DNA of 64,000 nucleotides from Gekko japonicus. Taxonomy: Eukaryota. Position 1 is the stretch's first letter. Every line of letters starts with the position of its first letter. Position numbers and translations under genes: made by a program. The notes beneath the pieces are model-generated. The model did no database searches. It saw nothing but the letters and a program-made list of their open reading frames with translations, and had not been told where the DNA came from. Below are positions 61,176 through 64,000 of the stretch, piece by piece. The stretch is taken from NCBI RefSeq assembly GCF_001447785.1, contig NW_015174861.1, positions 548,136 through 612,135 on the forward strand, written 5' to 3'.

Positions 61176-61252
61176 GTAAGTTCCTTTAGTCCGTTAAACT
61201 ACTCTCTTTCTGTATTGTTCACTTTAATTTGCTAGTGGTTTTTTCTTTATAG

Positions 61253-61450
61253 ACGTAGAAGACAGTTTGGCAGAGGAAGACGAAATCATTCTTGAGGACA
61301 TCAAAGATCTGGATGATGAAGAATTGGAGAATGAAGCCTACAATGTCCCCACAGATACAGCTTTTCCTGAGAAGAACCCGACATCCCATTATGAGGCAGA
61401 AGACTGGGATAAAGAACTGGCAGAGATAGAATACAATAACAGTCCTTATG
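61253..61450 (+). CDS. COPRS: COPRS acidic exon
   Basis: tttatag|(D)VEDSLAEEDEII...EAEDWDKELAEIEYNNSPY|gtaggt. The EDWD-EL...PY motif is characteristic of COPRS. Confidence 0.92.
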
Positions 61451-62629
61451 GTAGGTCTGTGGGGGCCGCCATATGCTTTCTTCGAGCAAGTGCTGGGTTC
61501 GGTGTTAGGGGAGAGCAGCATTATGGGAAGATATTTATGGAATGTGCTTTTGAAGCTGACTGTGAGCCTTTTCTGAACTCAGCTGAGAGAAACAGTAGAT
61601 TTTTAAAAGCAAGAAGTGAAAGGGACAAAGAGTCCCAGGGGATTATTACAGTGTTGAATTGGTAGGAAGGTTAGATAGATAAAGGCGGCAGATTTGCACG
61701 TTTATTTACTTCATTTATACCCCGCTTTTCTCCCTGATAGGGACTCTTGAGTGGCTTACATCATTCTCTCCTCCTAAATTTTATTCTCAGCTCCATCTTG
61801 ACCACTGGAAGATGTAATAGACGCTGTCTGGTTTAATTCCACATTGTGGCACTGTCAGGGCAAGCCTGTGCGGTAGTTTTCTTTGTTCTTTCAGAGCTTT
61901 GGTGTTAAGCCCTGAAGAGCAAAGAAGCATCTGTTGATACAGCATTTTCCTGACCTGAAACAGGCCTTGGGAGCTGTTCTTTGCTCCATTGGGAGAACTA
62001 TTGTGTACTGATGGGCTAAACTTGTTTTGATGGGATGCATGCAGGTTTTCCCAACGGGGTCGATAGCTCCCTCCCCAGGGCTGTTTCAGACCTGGAAAAC
62101 GGCAGGCTTAAGACCTCTCTCCATGAGAATCTTAAGTTTCAAAAAGGAACTCCAGCATGTGACTAGACCCTGGACAGGCCCAAGAACAGTGTAACATTTA
62201 GGTAGGCCCTCAGTGTACACACAGTACAGGAGTGAGATGTGTGTTCAGTCTCACCGAAACCTTTTCATAACTTTATAGGTGCTTTCCTGAGGCCTGGAAC
62301 CACATGGATATAAACAGTACGATTATGAGGAAGATGGCAGATTTGTGTGCAAGAGACGATAATGCCAAATAACAAAAAAACAGGGAAAGCTGAAGGCTGT
62401 AAATGGGTACAGGAAAACTCTGGAGAAGGGAGAGAATGGAGATGGTTCGGGGATGCCAAGGGGAGGTAGTGTGGGGAGGGGGGCTGGACAGAGGTGAGAT
62501 TCCTTCCTTGTGGATCCCCTATTTGTAAAACCTATAATATCCAGCTACCTATAACTGGTAATTTTCCTGTTCCTTCATGCTAAGTAAAAATGGTCTTCAG
62601 ACAGTTCTCTGCTGTTGAGTGGATACAAC

Positions 62630-62760
62630 AACCCTTGTAGCATATTGATGATAGCCAACCCCCAGACTAAGAATGATTTGTCCTAAGGGCTTTATGCGGA
62701 GATTGAAAAGCATGGGGAACAGGATTGCACCCTGTGGCATAATATGCCCATGTGAAATTT
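62630..62760 (-). mobile_element. L2 LINE RT fragment
   Basis: PQGAILFPMLFNLRIKPLGQIILSLGVGYHQYA corresponds to the RT PQG motif through the start of YADD. Confidence 0.7.
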
Positions 62761-63416
62761 TATATACGTGTCTGAAGTCTTGGTGCACAGTTGTTTTCCA
62801 TTAGTGTGTAAGAGAAAATGATTTAAAGCACATCTAGTGGACTTGAGCTTAACCTTAGAAATCAATATTTTTCACCCCATTTGTGCTTTTCAGCCCTAGC
62901 ATTGCCCTGTCTGTCCTTTGACTTCTTTCTGCATCTTTTCCCTTTGCTTTAAAAAGCTGCTGGCTATTTGGAATGAATTGGGAAATGTAAGAAGTCAGCT
63001 CTGTGTGCAGTCTACATAGTGCCACTTTGTTTAGCACTGTGATGGCTACAGATTGTGCTTTCCTGGGTTCCTTTCTAGGCCTTTGAGGCACACGCTCTTA
63101 GTAGCTTTGTTGTCTTAGGAGGCTTAATACAGGGTTTGATTTCTTCTTCTAAAGCCATTTGACATTCCTGGATGAGTTGCGATTAATTACAAAATAAGCA
63201 CTTGCACTGATGAATGCTTTCCTATTTATAATAATAAGCTTCTAATCTGCTTGGGCACAAGGAAGAAAAATGTTTGCATGATCTTAAACTTAGAAGGTAA
63301 ATTTTAGCTCAGTGGGGCTTTCTCTGTACAACGTGTTTAGGATTACTGCTTAAATCCAATGAAACCAAAACATTTTTTTTTAAAGTACTAAGATGACTTC
63401 TAAATTATATCTTTAG

Positions 63417-63589
63417 ATTCTGAGGATTTGATCTTCCATGGTAAAATGCAAGACTGGGATCCAGTGGCATTATGTTCTATTAAAGAAGAGCCTCTGTATG
63501 ACCCAAGCGCCTGCCATGTGGCACCAATGACTCTGAGGCACCGAAAGACCACACCAGTGGATGGCCAGTTTGAGGATGCTGTTGACTGA
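63417..63589 (+). CDS. COPRS: COPRS last coding exon (TGA at 63587-63589)
   Basis: ctttag|(D)SEDLIFHGKMQDWDPVALCSIKEEPLYDPSACH...GQFEDAVD*. Contains YDPS and a C-terminal GQF(D/E)DA PRMT5-binding motif. Synteny with UTP6 and SUZ12 is as in human 17q11.2. Confidence 0.93.
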
Positions 63590-64000
63590 AGTACTGTGAA
63601 CATTGCAGTGGAGATTTATTTCTCATGGCACTGACCTGAGAACAATGGGTCAGACCCCACAGTTTGTCAGTGGAAATTGCTGATGGCTGCAGGTCTTCCA
63701 GGCTCTTCCCTAGCAGCCATTTCTGACCTTGGGAAAGTTTATTCCTGGGGTTTCAGGACTCTTAATGAATAATAGGCTATTACAGAAATGGCTGCTGGTG
63801 GGAGTGAGAAGGCCAGGAATGTTGTGCTGGATCCCGTAAGCACCTTTTATGCTCCATGCTGGGGCTCTCATGTATTATTTTAAAACAACTGCATATCACA
63901 CTGTTGGAAAGCAGAGAAAGAGGACAGGTGTTGGATCCATGGCAAAAAGTAGCCCTGTTTGATTTAAAGAAAACTGTTCTGGAAATGATTTGGGTTTTAT

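Overview
Vertebrate nuclear DNA from a squamate reptile, most likely a gecko (inferred from the repeat content: Sauria SINE, Squam3-type SINEs, BovB, Penelope relics). It holds the conserved COPRS-UTP6-SUZ12 neighbourhood. (1) The 5' part of SUZ12 on the minus strand: coding exons 1-4 at 10344-5554, with the gene continuing left of the window. (2) A complete 19-exon UTP6 on the plus strand: 20071-48359, 1791-nt CDS, 596 aa, all introns GT-AG and in phase. (3) A complete COPRS CDS on the plus strand: 56953-63589, with 4 core exons plus a probable extra 33-nt exon. Each gene has a CpG-rich promoter. Introns and intergenic DNA are dense with SINEs, BovB/L1/L2/CR1/Penelope fragments, hAT MITEs and a solo LTR-like element. 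Nearly all entries in the supplied ORF track are spurious, TE-derived or partial exons. I found no novel multi-gene system. The most notable observations are: the 3' end of SUZ12 exon 1 has lost the normally invariant DHELFLQAFEK motif and its obvious donor is out of phase with exon 2; several Penelope-type hammerhead ribozyme relics lie in UTP6 introns, one with an intact catalytic core; an in-frame COPRS microexon sits in CR1-like sequence; and two hAT MITEs are stacked at one target site with three identical TSDs. Gene and repeat names come from my recognition of the sequence, not from database searches, and repeat boundaries are approximate unless TSDs are quoted.
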